From Octopus sinensis (Eukaryota), in assembly GCF_006345805.1 (NCBI RefSeq), contig NC_043002.1, forward strand, positions 47,430,001 through 47,494,000: a stretch of DNA of 64,000 bases. The letters run 5' to 3'. A program made the translations under genes and the position numbers. Positions 52,238 through 64,000 of the stretch are shown piece after piece (within the stretch, counting starts at the first letter, position 1; every line of letters begins with the position of its first letter). Under the pieces are notes generated by a model. That model was not told the origin of the DNA, made no database searches, and saw only the letters and a list, made by a program, of their open reading frames with translations.

Positions 52238-53473
52238 CGAGGGGCGTTCAATAAGTAATGCCCCTGACCCACTTGCAGTTGTTTGATTTAGCTGAAATTT
52301 TGCATGTGCAATTATTTATATCTCTATAGATTAATTGGCAAATTACAGCTCTGAACTAATTGTGGTTTCCGATTTACAGGTGTTTGAACTGAGTCAAGTG
52401 TGAAATGGAGCATGTTGAGTGTCGAGCAGTGATCCGGTTTTTGTATTTGAAAGGACGCACACCACGGGAGACTTTTGATGAAATGAAAGTAACTTATGGT
52501 GATGATGCCCCATCATATGACCTTGTAAAACGCAGGCATCGTGAATTCAAACATGGTCGGAACTCTGGTCGCCCCCTTCTGCCATTGATGAGGCATCTGT
52601 CTGTCAAGTTGAGGCTGCCATTTTGGAAGATCGACGCATAACTATTCGCCAAATAGCCCATGAGGTCAAGATTAGTACCGGGTCTTTGGAAACTATCATT
52701 CATGACCATTTGCATATGCAAAAGGTGTCTGCCAGATGGATTCCCAGGTTGCTCACACCTTTCCAGAAGCAAGAACGCGTCGATTGCTCGAGGATGAATT
52801 TGGAGATGTGCCAAGAAGATGAGTAAAAATTTTTAAAAAGATTGATTGCATAGGATAAAACCTGGGTCCATCACTATGATCCAGAGACCAAAGCCCAGTC
52901 AATGCAGTGGAAGCACCGTGACTCACCTCCTCCAAAGAAGGCAAGGGTGCAGCCCTCTGCTGGCAAGGTCATGCTTACAGTCTTCTGGGACCAGGACGGA
53001 GTAGTGAAGACAGATTTCCTGGCAAAGGGTGCCACAATTACAGGAGTCTATTATGCTTCACTTTTGAGGAAATTAAGAGAAGCTATCAAAATCAAGAGGC
53101 GGGGCAAGATCAGCAAAGGCATCCTCCTCCTGCAGGACAACGCTCCGATCCACAACTCGCGTGTCGCCAGATCAGAAGCACAGGCGTGCGGCTATGAACT
53201 CATCCCCCATCCACCCTACTCTCCTGACCTTGCATCCTCTGATTTTCACCTCTTCCCAGCCATGAAGTTGTTTTTGAAAGGAAAGCGTTTCCCAGATGAT
53301 GGACCAAGCTGGGGTCTTCTACAAAAACGGTCTTCAGAATTGCATCAAACATTGGGAGAAATGCGTAACTCTGGGTGGTTCCTATGTAGAAAAAGACTAA
53401 TAACTGTTCCAAGTTTCGTTGCTCTACTGCTATGGGAAGTGGGTCAGGGGCATTACTTATTGAACGCCCCTCG
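52238..53473 (+). mobile_element. Mariner (DD34D) element with both termini, transposase disrupted
   Basis: Perfect 37-bp TIRs (cgaggggcgttcaataagtaatgcccctgacccactt), TA TSD, motifs ARWIPRLL, QDNA, HPPYSPDLASSDF; frameshifts and a stop. Confidence 0.95.
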
Positions 53474-53589
53474 TAGGTATACTATTTTTTTATGTATTAG
53501 AGAAAAAAAACGGAGAAATTGACATATAGGCATTAATTTATAAGAACATAATACAATTTTGAACAATATGAAACTCATGCCGTTTACGG

Positions 53590-54300
53590 TCTACTAGCAT
53601 TAAATACGCAGGTGACTTGATTTATGCCATCCCTGTGGCTAATGTTGGTAGCCTACACAGCTTGGACGAACTTCGTGTCTCCACTGCCCTCATAGTGGGA
53701 GCTGATGTATGCACTGGTTTGATCTGCCGTTGTGGCTGGCTCCTCGACTCCACAGGCTGCTATGGCCTTTCTTGCCGCCTGAATGCTGGTCACTTCGCGC
53801 ATCATGCGGAATCGAACCTGATACTCAAGAGGTGCTCAGCCCAGACAAACATCCCCTCCATCTTGGAACCATCTGGATTGTCCAGATGTGATGGGAAGAG
53901 ACCTGACGGCCTCACCCTGTGCCCCTTGTTGCAAGGCAGATGCCTTGCCTGGGATGTCACAGTTAGCGACTCCTTTGCTTCTTCTCACATCCTGGATGCT
54001 GCGGTGAGGACGAGAATCACAGCTTCTTCGGTTGAGTGGAACAAGGGGTCCTGAAATACCGCGATCTGTCGGCCAGCTACATTTTCCATCCTGTGGCGCT
54101 CGAGACATTTGGTAGGGTCGGACCACTAACAGCGAGATTTCTGTCTTCACTGGCAACTCGCCTTGCAGAGGTATCTGGTGAGGCTCGTGAGGGTGCTTAG
54201 CTGTTCCAGCTCATCAGGCTCGCCATCACCCGCGGCAACGCTGCAAGCTTGTTGGCATGTCTCAATAGCCATTAGAAAGGTTTCCCAGCACTCCCAACTT
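53590..54300 (+). mobile_element. 3' fragment of a CRE-like non-LTR retrotransposon (restriction-like endonuclease)
   Basis: CxCG..D..G...LSC...HH..., then EPSGLSRCDGKRPDGLT...WDVTV (PD-D type RLE). Confidence 0.75.
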
Positions 54301-55299
54301 TTCAACCCAAGGTGGTGAATTGTTTTTTTACCCTTTTCTTTTCTTTTTAATTTTTTCAATTGTGTTCTCTGTTTTGTCCAGTTTTCTAGTTTGATTTTGT
54401 AAAACGGTAAACACTGTGAAGGCATTAAAAATTAGATATCTTTTAATATTGACCACCTAGAATTATGTCAGGCCAACATGTCGATGAACCAGTACTCTAA
54501 GAACTTGCAGTTAAAATGTTCCCGTCTGTTTACATCGTATATTTTGACTTAGTCAAATCTACGAACCGGCACTTTCAAGCATCGTTTATATGTGTTTCCT
54601 TCAATTATATAAATATCCATGTAAATATATTCTTTAAAATAATAATACTGGAATGCTTTGTTATTCAAAACAATAAATATTTTATCACATTTCACCTACA
54701 ATTGTTTCTATGCCCAATTGCTTTAACTTGAGAAATGAAATGAAATTAACTTAAATTAATATATCGAATATCGTTAACTGGATATTTCTTCAAGAGAAGA
54801 ATTTAAGAGAAAGGAGCTGCATTCTGATGTGTTGTTTGACCCTTGATAGACTCAGATATGAGCGTTTTAGGAACAAATGTATTTATACGCACATTTTTAA
54901 ATACATTGGTTGTTGAAATACACATCTGAGTCTATAAAGGGTCAGGCAACATATCGGAATGTAGCTCCTTTCTATTAAATTCTTCCCTTGAAGAAATACC
55001 CAATTAACGATATGGAAGTTTAATTTAATTTAATTTCTCAAACTGAAGTAATTGGCCATAGAAACAGTTGTAGGTGAAATTGCGTTTCATTGTTTTTGTA
55101 CCTATAAAGCACTTAGCTGTATAAGACAACTTGTCAGACTTATATGGCCAGATGTTCAGCACCTACAAAACCTATGGTCACTCTCTGACTTGTGATAATG
55201 ATCAATCTTCTAAAAATATATTACTGCTCTAATGTTTTAGAGTGTGCTTCGTTTGCGGATATGTGAGCTAGTGACAATATATGTATGCATGTGTGTATT

Positions 55300-55355
<56 letters not shown>

Positions 55356-56100
55356 ATCACCTACAAACATTCAACCTTCCATACTTACATGAGACAGACA
55401 AAGTTTATTAAAACAGATTTTCTATGACTGGGTGTCCTCCCTGTCACCAACACACATTCATTTCCAAGTAGGTTAATATTTCCCTGTGTTTAGACATGAT
55501 CTTATATAATAATGGAAATAAATGACACTGCTTGTATGACAGTGACACTCATTTATAACTATTGTTGTAGTGCACCTGAGTACTGTAATCAGTAAGTTCA
55601 TTGTATCATTATATATATATCTTAGTCAAGCACCAGATTATCCTCACAATTTCAGCTGATTATTCTTGAGATTGCTCCAATCTGGTCTACCCCAAGGAAA
55701 AACTAAGCTAAGAGCAATAGATTCCTCGGAAGAAAGCAGCGAATGTATACAAAAACAAGGACAGAAAAAATGGTCAATGTTACACAAATATAAATACAAT
55801 TAAAAAATACAATAACAATAATAACAGGACATAACAACAGGTATCTTTCGACTAAGGACGAATTGAATTAAGCTGGCGTGTGTGGAAATGAAGCCTTATG
55901 TCAGAGATACAAATATTTCACAAACACAGGGAAGAATATTGATGTTGCACAGACAATGGTCAGACCAAGAAAGAAAGAGCAGGCTTGGCCGATTGGTCAA
56001 GTGGGAAGAGAAGAGAGAAGTAGAAGCAGAGGGACAGAAGAATTAAGGATATATATGTATATATACATATCTTCAATTATACACATATATATATATATTC

Positions 56101-56138
<38 letters not shown>

Positions 56139-56613
56139 ATATATATATATATATATACATACATTAATGCAGAACTTACAGCTCTTGTACTCTGACTATG
56201 AATTCTCATTTGTACCTATCATTGTAGGTGCATTAGGTTATATAACAATAAGTTTGCACAAAACTTTAAAATACTCAGTTTCAATGGAGAAGGAGCAAAA
56301 GAAACTAATGTGGATTCTCCAAATCTAATCTATTAGTGAAAATTTGTAAAACATTCCAAAAATTCCTCCATCTGAGATTCTTATGTGAATAGATGCATGT
56401 ACTTGGGTGTATGCATTGACAGTTCAACCAACACACCAACTCAAACTCAACCACAGATTTATAAACACCGGGAAATGTCTTAACTCAAAAAGACTGGCTT
56501 GACCTTTCTCAAAGAAATGCATGTATGTAAGCTGTATGTATGTAATAGATGTGTTAATCAGTTGTCAATAAGATAGAAGCAAATGCAGAAACTATAGGAA
56601 ATGAATGACTTAC

Positions 56614-56829
56614 AGTGAAGTGAAGTTTTGAATGTGTCCAAGGTAAAGAGGTGAATCCAGGTTAAGAGAAGTCAGATCACCAGGGCTACTACTTTCTGCA
56701 GTATTACTTTGACCATCAACTTGCAAGAAACCATCTTGGCCAATGCGCCGAGCAATAACATGGTGATATTTATTTAGTCGAATTGGTCTAGCACTGCGAA
56801 TAATAGCCTGACCATTGCCTAAATCATAC
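56614..56829 (-). CDS. AGRN: Agrin exon: LamG1 middle (YDLGNGQAIIRS...LNLDSPLYLG)
   Basis: tttacag/gtaagt; 216 nt, phase 2-2; inside ORF 56610..56876. Confidence 0.95.
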
Positions 56830-58654
56830 CTGTAAATAACAAGTTTAGTTAGAGTATAATTGAAGAAAGTCATCAAAAGTAATTAAAAGTTGTTTATTAT
56901 TAAGAAAAAAGGAAAAAAAAAATGTTACAATCACAACTTGCTAATGAATGTGCCTTGATTGTGTATGATGCTTTTGCTAATTGGCTTTTAGCTGATTATG
57001 TAAATATTGACATGATTGCAGTCCTCCCAATATTTGACCCAGTGAAACATTCAGAATATGACTGCTGGAAAGACAGAAAGCAGTGTCCAACAGTCAAACC
57101 TTTTCATAACCCTTGAACATTTAAAATGGCCATATCGAGGCCATGTGAATTAGCTTTCCACTTGTCAGAGTAATCTACATTGTAAGAGGGTTAAATCATA
57201 GTTGCTAACTCCCAAAGAAGGATCTCAGTTCCCAAAAAATCAAATGTAACAAAATAGATTGTACTGAATATTAACTTAAAAACCCCTGAGTAAAACAGAA
57301 AACTATAGCCACCATTTGCAAATGATTATGACTTGGTAGTATGTACAATGTTATTGGTATTATTTTATGCACTTTTGTTACTGTGTGCTGACACAGACAT
57401 TCTTTATCCTCCTATCTTGAACAAGTACATATCAACACACTCAATCCCTCATCAGTTATTGACCAAAAGTCATCACAATTTCAACAACTTAACCCCAATC
57501 AGACCTGTGCTCCTGTGTCTAACTTTACCCTCCACTTGGGCTCCTGAGAAAAAAAACATAAATAGTTGTATATACAGCTCAAGAGTAATAATTGCAGGTA
57601 AACTGTCAAAATCACTACTAAAATCAGGGGAATAACTATAATAGGCCTATCTCACAACTACTGCATTTGTTCACCTGAATCCCTACTTTCTTCATCGCTG
57701 TCATCAGTCTGAATTTTCAGATCACCTTCATTCTTTGCATAGGGGTGAACTCTTCATCAAAAGAATAAATATCATCGATAATTTCCTCAACTACAAGGAA
57801 TTTTGGCCTTGCTCATTTACAAGGTGAAGTGCCAGTTTCATCACACACTCATTTTATCACAAAGTCTGTTATTTTTTCAATTAAAAACAATCATGAACAA
57901 GATCTATGAGTGACACCATCAACAATGAGTCATAACACACTTGACTACATAGCTGCAATGTGATCAGTTGTCTTTTCTTAGTATTTTATCTTCTCTTTCT
58001 AAACGTGTTGTTCATCACTGCTTTAGCAGGTATCAAGTAATAATGGCATTTAAGCTATTCCTGCAATAGGGGGAACACAGTACGACTGGATTAACAACAT
58101 GGGATGTGATATAGAAATTTGGTTGTTATTTCCAACAGGTTAAGTGATATTGTTGGCTTATATAGAAAAAATTCAAGGAGAAGGAAACAACATTCATGTG
58201 AGGACAATTTAAAGAAGAATATTGAAGAGCATAGGTTTGTTTCCCCAGTGGGAACATCCACCCAAGAGTTACAAGCAGTTCTCTTATTAAGGCAAACTTA
58301 TGCTTTATAAAAATTTGCATCAAAGCAAATCTTTTTGGTAATAAAAGAATTTCTATAGATACATTTTAGTACTCTATTACTAAAATCAAAGAAATATTTC
58401 CTTAATCTTTATTATTATGCTGATCAAAACTTGAATGACAACATCCATAATAAAACTTCTTCCCTTCATATTTTGCGGGGCTGGCAAAATCATTAGCACA
58501 CTGGCAAAATGCTTAGTGGAATTTCTTCCAGCTTATATAACGATTTCAAATTTCACTAAGGTTGACTGCTTTCTATCCTTTTAGGTTTAATAAAATAAGT
58601 ACTAATTCAGCCAAAATTTGAAATCATTATTACTATTATTATGACAGAGTGAAG

Positions 58655-58996
58655 AAATATGGTTCAGTTGTTAGAGTGTCAGACTCACAGTCATGAGTTA
58701 GTGAGTTCGATTCTGGGACCAAACTATGTGTTGTGTTCTTGAACAAGACACTTTATTTCATGTTGCTCCGGTTCACTCAACTGCAAAAATGAGTTGCAAC
58801 ATCATTTATTCCAAGCAGTATGGGGCTTTGCCATTTTGGGGGGTAACATCAGTGGCATGGAGAGGGGAGGCTGGTAGGCATGAGCACCTGCTGGTCTTCC
58901 ATAAACAACCTTACCTGGACTTGTGCCTTGGAGGGGAACTTTCTAGATGCAATCTTATGGTCATTCATGAGTAAAAGTCTTTACCCTTTACCCTTA
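58655..58996 (+). mobile_element. tRNA-headed SINE, family C, (TTTACCC)n tail
   Basis: B box gagttcgattc, then gtgttgtgttcttgaacaagacacttta (a conserved SINE central-domain-like motif). Confidence 0.65.
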
Positions 58997-59340
58997 GTGT
59001 GGGTCGATAATCAAGATTGTTAGTGTTGGAAAAATGCCTTGAAGTATTTGTACCAACTTTTGCATTCTGGATTCAAATCCCACTGAAGTCATTTTAGCCT
59101 TTTATTCTTTTGAGACTGATAAAATAATGTCAAATACTAGGTCAATAAAATTGACTAAGTCCTCTCTTTGAAATTTCCAAAGGGTTAAATAACAGCTCAG
59201 CCCATTGTACACATAAAAAGATAACATCAAAGTGTTTTCTTTTTTCTAAAATCTTTTCACAAACAAACATTCTAATTACAATAATATTTCATCAAGTTAA
59301 TGATAAAGATTATCAACAGACAATCTGCTATGATATTTAC

Positions 59341-59542
59341 CGAAGTTCAACAAAGCCTTGGTTTAGTGTCAGAGATACGAAATCTCCACTACCATCTTCC
59401 TCTTTACTATTGAAAAGAATAATTCCATCTTTATTCAAACTTTTAAATTCTACTTCAATTCTCATCTCAGTTGTAGCATTCTTAATCTGTGGCATTCTCA
59501 GATAGGAAGTTCCAGAGAATGACGGGACTGTGAAAGATACAA
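59341..59542 (-). CDS. AGRN: Agrin exon: LamG1 N-part (VPSFSGTSYL...DGSGDFVSLTLNQGFVELR)
   Basis: ttttag/gtaaat; 202 nt, phase 1-2; inside ORF 59337..59564. Confidence 0.95.
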
Positions 59543-60763
59543 CTAAAAGGAAAAAAATATACATAAAGTTGATTTTAATTTCAGAGAGTAACTGTTTAAA
59601 TGAAATTTAGATGAACAGGGATACTAATTTTAATATTATCACTGTATCATAAACATAGCAAAATATAGTTTCTCCTTATAAAATAAAAGATCTTTTATGC
59701 CTAGAAAAGAAAAAAAATCTATAGTAAAACATTGAAATTAATTATTAGCACAAAAGTATTGGTAACTATTGGTAACATTTTAAAGATTTGTATATTTTAA
59801 TTGCAACTTCTATTGTATGTTTTTTGTGTTTTTTTTTTGTTTTTTTTTGAGATTCATGGATTGACTAAAAAGGGAAAGAGTAATTCATGCATGAATTATG
59901 AAATTTTCTTAATTCAAACTATTTCTAACTAGTTCATATGTTATTTTTCAAAGAGAAACACTTTGAAAGAAACTGAATACTCTTTTCAAAATACTGAAAG
60001 TAGAACAATCATCAGGCTATTGAGGAAAACTACTCCAACATAATCCACAAAGGAGAGTGTAAAATTGACTGGAAAACTCACCCATGAATTAGTTTGAAAA
60101 AAGTCATGAAATACAGAATAGAAAAGTTTGATGAATATTTGATAAGAATCTCAGATGTTTGCCAACACACACCCTTGAGAATTATCAAAAAATCTGTGCT
60201 TTCAGGTTTTCAAATGTTATCAAAAGTATTATAATTACATCTAGTCACACGCTATGCGAATCACTGTCATTACATGTGATTACAGGCAATTTTGGTTTTC
60301 ACAGAGTGCCTAGCTTAGAGATCAGAGAGTCTCACTAGGTTAAGCCACTACTTCACTGCATTGAGAAGTCACAGTTCCTGTAAGATAAACATGTGGTTAG
60401 AGTGCCGCAGGAGAGGAGTTCAAAGTATATTCCTCAAGATGAACCAGTTTGGTCACCAGCAAGCAGGAAACCTAAGGTGAGACAGCCGTATACTATATGT
60501 AGTCTCAGTTGGTTACACTTGGGAAAGTTAAATGATGATTGCTTCAGACCCTGTGGAGGAGGTACCTGAAGACTCTGCTCCCAGAATAGTGGGCAGTGAA
60601 AATGGATGGAAATAGATGGATGGACATAGGTATATAAATTAAACCATGTTCTTGCAAGGTTTACTTTAAATATCTGAAGTAATAAGTTTACATAGAGATA
60701 AAATATGTCAAGTAGTTAAGCTAATATGCTTAGCTCTTGTATATTGAAAGCAAGAAAACTTAC

Positions 60764-60913
60764 CGTCTTTGCAAATTGATCCTCCTGTTCCTAAAGGACA
60801 TAGACATCGGTATCCAAGTGTCTTGTCCATAAGGCATGTTCCTCCATTTTGACAGGGGTTCAGTGTACAGGTTGTATTAGATGTTGGTGATGGTGGAGGA
60901 ACAGATACAACCT
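60764..60913 (-). CDS. AGRN: Agrin exon: Pro/Ser/Thr linker plus EGF1 (CTLNPCQNGGTCLMDKTLGYRCLCPLGTGGSIC)
   Basis: attgcag/gtaagt; 150 nt, phase 1-1; canonical EGF Cys spacing. Confidence 0.93.
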
Positions 60914-62111
60914 CTGCAATAAAACAGTATTACAAATGTAACATCACTAACAAAGAGAATATATACATATAGACTTGACTTTCATGCATAATAAACGCTC
61001 TAACAAAGAGATTATTTGTCTAAGCTGTTTTAATGTGTTCAACTGATTCTCTGAAAGCTATAATTCTGAACATAGTAGTTTGGTTAATATCTATATTTAA
61101 GTATATTTTATAGTATATAAATAGTAATATAAAATATAGTATTTTGCACTAATAATTCTTCAATTGACAACAGCAAATAAAAATATCACCAGATTTGGAA
61201 ATCAGACAGTTTAGAGATCAGTTATTAGGCTAAAAAGCAAAATTATTCCAATATAGTTGATAAATGATGATCATAAATAAATAAGAAAACTGCTGCAGCA
61301 AAGGCAGTGAAAAACAAAAATGAAAAGTAAGGGGAAATTGAGTGGAATTACTGACAAATAGCAAAACAAGGATATGAATGAAAAATATCTTCCAAGTCAA
61401 TTTTTAATTTCCTGACTTATTTCCTTATTATTATCCTTGATGCTATTTTATATAAAATGTGCCAGTAATGATTGAAGCAAATAAAAGGGAAACTGGAAAG
61501 CTTGATGAGTATTTACTTTCAAGTCTCCTGTCATTGAGAGAAAATTTTGTCAGGACTAATTCTTTTTATTTTTATTGATAAGCTCTTTTCAATTGAAGAT
61601 ATACCTGCAAAGATTACAAGTAAGTATTTATTTAAAAATAAAAAAAAAACTATTTTCTACAATATGCATTTTGTAGATTTATTATTGTAGTGTTGCATCA
61701 CAATGTCATGTGACCCAAGCTTTTTAAAATGGTTGGCGATTTCTGTGTCAAAGGAACTTTTCTTTATGATATGTTTTGCTCGGTTATTCAGTTGATTATT
61801 TCAGGTCAGCAGAAGTAAGGGATCACATATGTGACAGTTGCTTTACTTCAATAAACTCTTTGCTGTGAGACCATATTTATATACTTAAATAATGCCTTGT
61901 GTCCAGGATTATGAATACAATCTATTGGGTTTTAATAATTTCTTCTTACTACCAACATAACAGATTTTATTTGCTAATTTGTTGTTACATGATACTGAAT
62001 TTATATTCGGTTTATATTAATATATTTTTTAAACCTTCAGGTTCAAAATGAAAATCAGTTTTCTTGTCCAGGGTAAAAAGCTAACTCAGTTGATTAATGT
62101 TTCTGAGATAA

Positions 62112-62940
62112 TCTCTATATATAAAGATGAGAATGTGTGTCTGTCTGTGTCTGTGTGAATCCATAAAACTCGAGAACTACCCAACCAATTTCATTTAAAT
62201 TTTACACATGCCTTATTTACAGTCCATGCAATGTCGTGGGCCAAAACTATTTTCAACTTCTTGCCTAGTGAGAGCCCACAGCAATCTCTTATCTCTTACA
62301 CTATTTCAGTATTACAAGTCAAAAATGAAACAATATCTTTCTATTGCAATGTGAGATACTTTCAGTTTAATACTTTCACTATTATAATGAAACTATTACC
62401 TCACATATATATATATGCATACATACATATTTGTCATAAACACTCTACCACTACTACTAATACCTGTTGGGAACCCTTTCAGACCAGCCTTACATTCAAA
62501 CCAGAATCTCAAAAACATTGTTCCCTTACATCTCATTCTCATTTCATTACCACGACAGGCAAATAAAACTTACTTCTCACGATGAGACAATGGAAGATGG
62601 GAACAGACATTAACAATATACTACTTTGTCAAGTGAAATATATTGTCATCCGCTTCAGCTCTAACCTTCCTAGCCTACAGAGAGTTCAAACAAGCCCACA
62701 CGACTATAGCACCACTGAACTGCAATCTCAAAAACATAGTCCCCTTACATCTCATTCTCATTTCATTTCAAACACAGGGAAATAAAACTTACTTCTTATT
62801 ACGGGACAATGGAAGATGGTAACAGATATTAACCACATGCAATCTTCTCAAGTGAAATATATTGTCATCCGCTTCAGCTCTAACCTTCCTAGCATACGGA
62901 GACTTCAAACAATGCCACACCACTATAGCACCACTGATAT
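62112..62940 (+). mobile_element. Helitron-like remnant with about 219-bp internal tandem duplication
   Basis: a|TCtctatatataaagatgagaatgtgtgtctgtctg start; duplicated units 62505-62718 and 62724-62937. Confidence 0.5.
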
Positions 62941-63223
62941 CTTCATCCTTCTAGCTGTCTGTTTTATAAATATAACAGAATTCATTTCCAGGCAAATAAC
63001 ATTCAGAACACAATTCATAATCACTGTCTCCTTTCCTCTTACCATTTCTCTCATACAGTTACTCAACCTACTCAAAAAAGCAATCAAATCTCCCTCACTG
63101 GACATCAAACCATCAGACAATGTAGTTCTAAGTATACAAAAAAGATAATTGGATGGTCATGGTTGAAATGCCTTTGATTTATAATAAACAGATGTCAGAT
63201 TGGATATGAAATGAAAATGGTAC

Positions 63224-63346
63224 CAAGACAATTCTTTTTGTCCATAGTTTGAATGAAGCCGGTTTTGCAGACACAGATGCCTAGTACGCATCGACTATTT
63301 GGTACATCACAATCACTTTCACTGGGACACAAGTCATCGATTCTGC
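63224..63346 (-). CDS. AGRN: Agrin exon: 6-Cys EB/EGF-like module (RIDDLCPSESDCDVPNSRCVLGICVCKTGFIQTMDKKNCL)
   Basis: tttgcag acceptor, gtacca donor; 123 nt, phase 1-1, open and in frame with the next exon. Confidence 0.8.
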
Positions 63347-63451
63347 CTGCAAAGATAAATTTGCCATTTTAAAATAACATAAAGAACAAAACTGATTTTT
63401 AATTATATTGTTTCAAATAATAATGAACAAGAAGTTATAATAATATTAATT

Positions 63452-63660
63452 TGAAATTTTGGCACAAGGCCAGAAATTTAGGGGGAAGGAATAAGTTGAT
63501 TACGTTGACCCCAGTGATCAATTGGAACTTATTTTATTGACCCTGATAGGATGAAAGGCAAAGTTGACCATGTTAGAATTTGAACTCAGAATGTAATGAT
63601 AGATGAAATGCTGCTAAGCATTTTACCTGGCATGTTAATGATTCTGCCAGCTCACTGCCT
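63452..63660 (-). mobile_element. SINE family B copy
   Basis: Reverse-complement similarity to 5298-5520; older copies near 32435-32660, 58478-58610 and 59015-59175. Confidence 0.75.
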
Positions 63661-64000
63661 AATAAGAAGTACTATATTAACATTTCCCATCCTTGGTGTG
63701 TGACTTAAGTTTAATTCTGTCATAATATCAAAGCCATTCAAATACAAATACTATATTTTCATGCATACAAATCAAATTATATAGATGAAAATTTACAGCC
63801 AAAAAGAAGTAGGCCAACTTATAAGCTATTATGACTTTGGAGGACTAAAAATTTCCATGTGAAATACAGCAGGAATAGGAAAGGTAGTGACAATTTTTGA
63901 ATGTTTACACTATATACTATATTGATTTGGGAGACAGAAAATGCACTATACAAACACCTAGAAAATCATTACACTTTACACTTTAGTAAAGTATGAATCT

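Larger units (their letters stand above)
2210..63346 (-). other. AGRN: Agrin-like gene, partial (15 coding exons, C-terminal EGF/LamG region); likely extends beyond both window ends
   Basis: Hand-spliced exons give a 716-codon open frame. Order EGF-LG1-EGF-EGF-LG2-EGF-LG3 is agrin-type (perlecan has two EGFs before LG3; pikachurin has single EGFs). LG3 motif SGATKLDTDGELWIG resembles vertebrate agrin GATQLDTDGALWLG. Confidence 0.9.

Noticed and set aside
55630-55740. Possible hammerhead on the minus strand (CCGAGGA...GAAAUUGUGAGGA)
   Set aside because: Stem II is very long and ambiguous and the UH site and stem I are unconvincing, so it was not counted.
57107-57193. piggyBac-like MITE (taaccct...agggttaa)
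   Set aside because: Only about 7 bp of terminal match and an imperfect TTAA; too weak to call.
2210-63346. Perlecan, pikachurin, EYS or crumbs identity
   Set aside because: The EGF count between LamG domains (1-LG-2-LG-1-LG) and the LG3 motif fit agrin best.

Overview
AT-rich, microsatellite-dense animal genomic DNA. The repeat content (RTE LINEs with (GAT)n tails, tRNA-headed SINEs, long (TA)n tracts) suggests an octopus or other coleoid, but that is inference. The window lies entirely inside one minus-strand gene. I assembled 15 GT-AG exons by hand (63346 to 2210; 2148 nt, 716 codons, all phases compatible, no stops). They encode Cys-module-EGF-LamG-EGF-EGF-LamG-EGF-LamG, the C-terminal half of agrin. 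The start lies beyond the window, and no last exon was found in 1-2209. Introns hold RTE LINEs (with a PHD-like finger inside the RT), mariner/Tc1, Chapaev-like, hAT, Helitron and CRE-like relics, and several SINE families. The most unusual signal is a set of short, mostly fold-back elements sitting in microsatellites. Together they carry at least nine Penelope-type minimal hammerhead-ribozyme-like motifs. One element joins a tRNA-derived Pol III head to a canonical hammerhead core as a head-to-head pair, and another is a perfect 93-bp palindrome. No database search or folding program was run; repeat boundaries are approximate.
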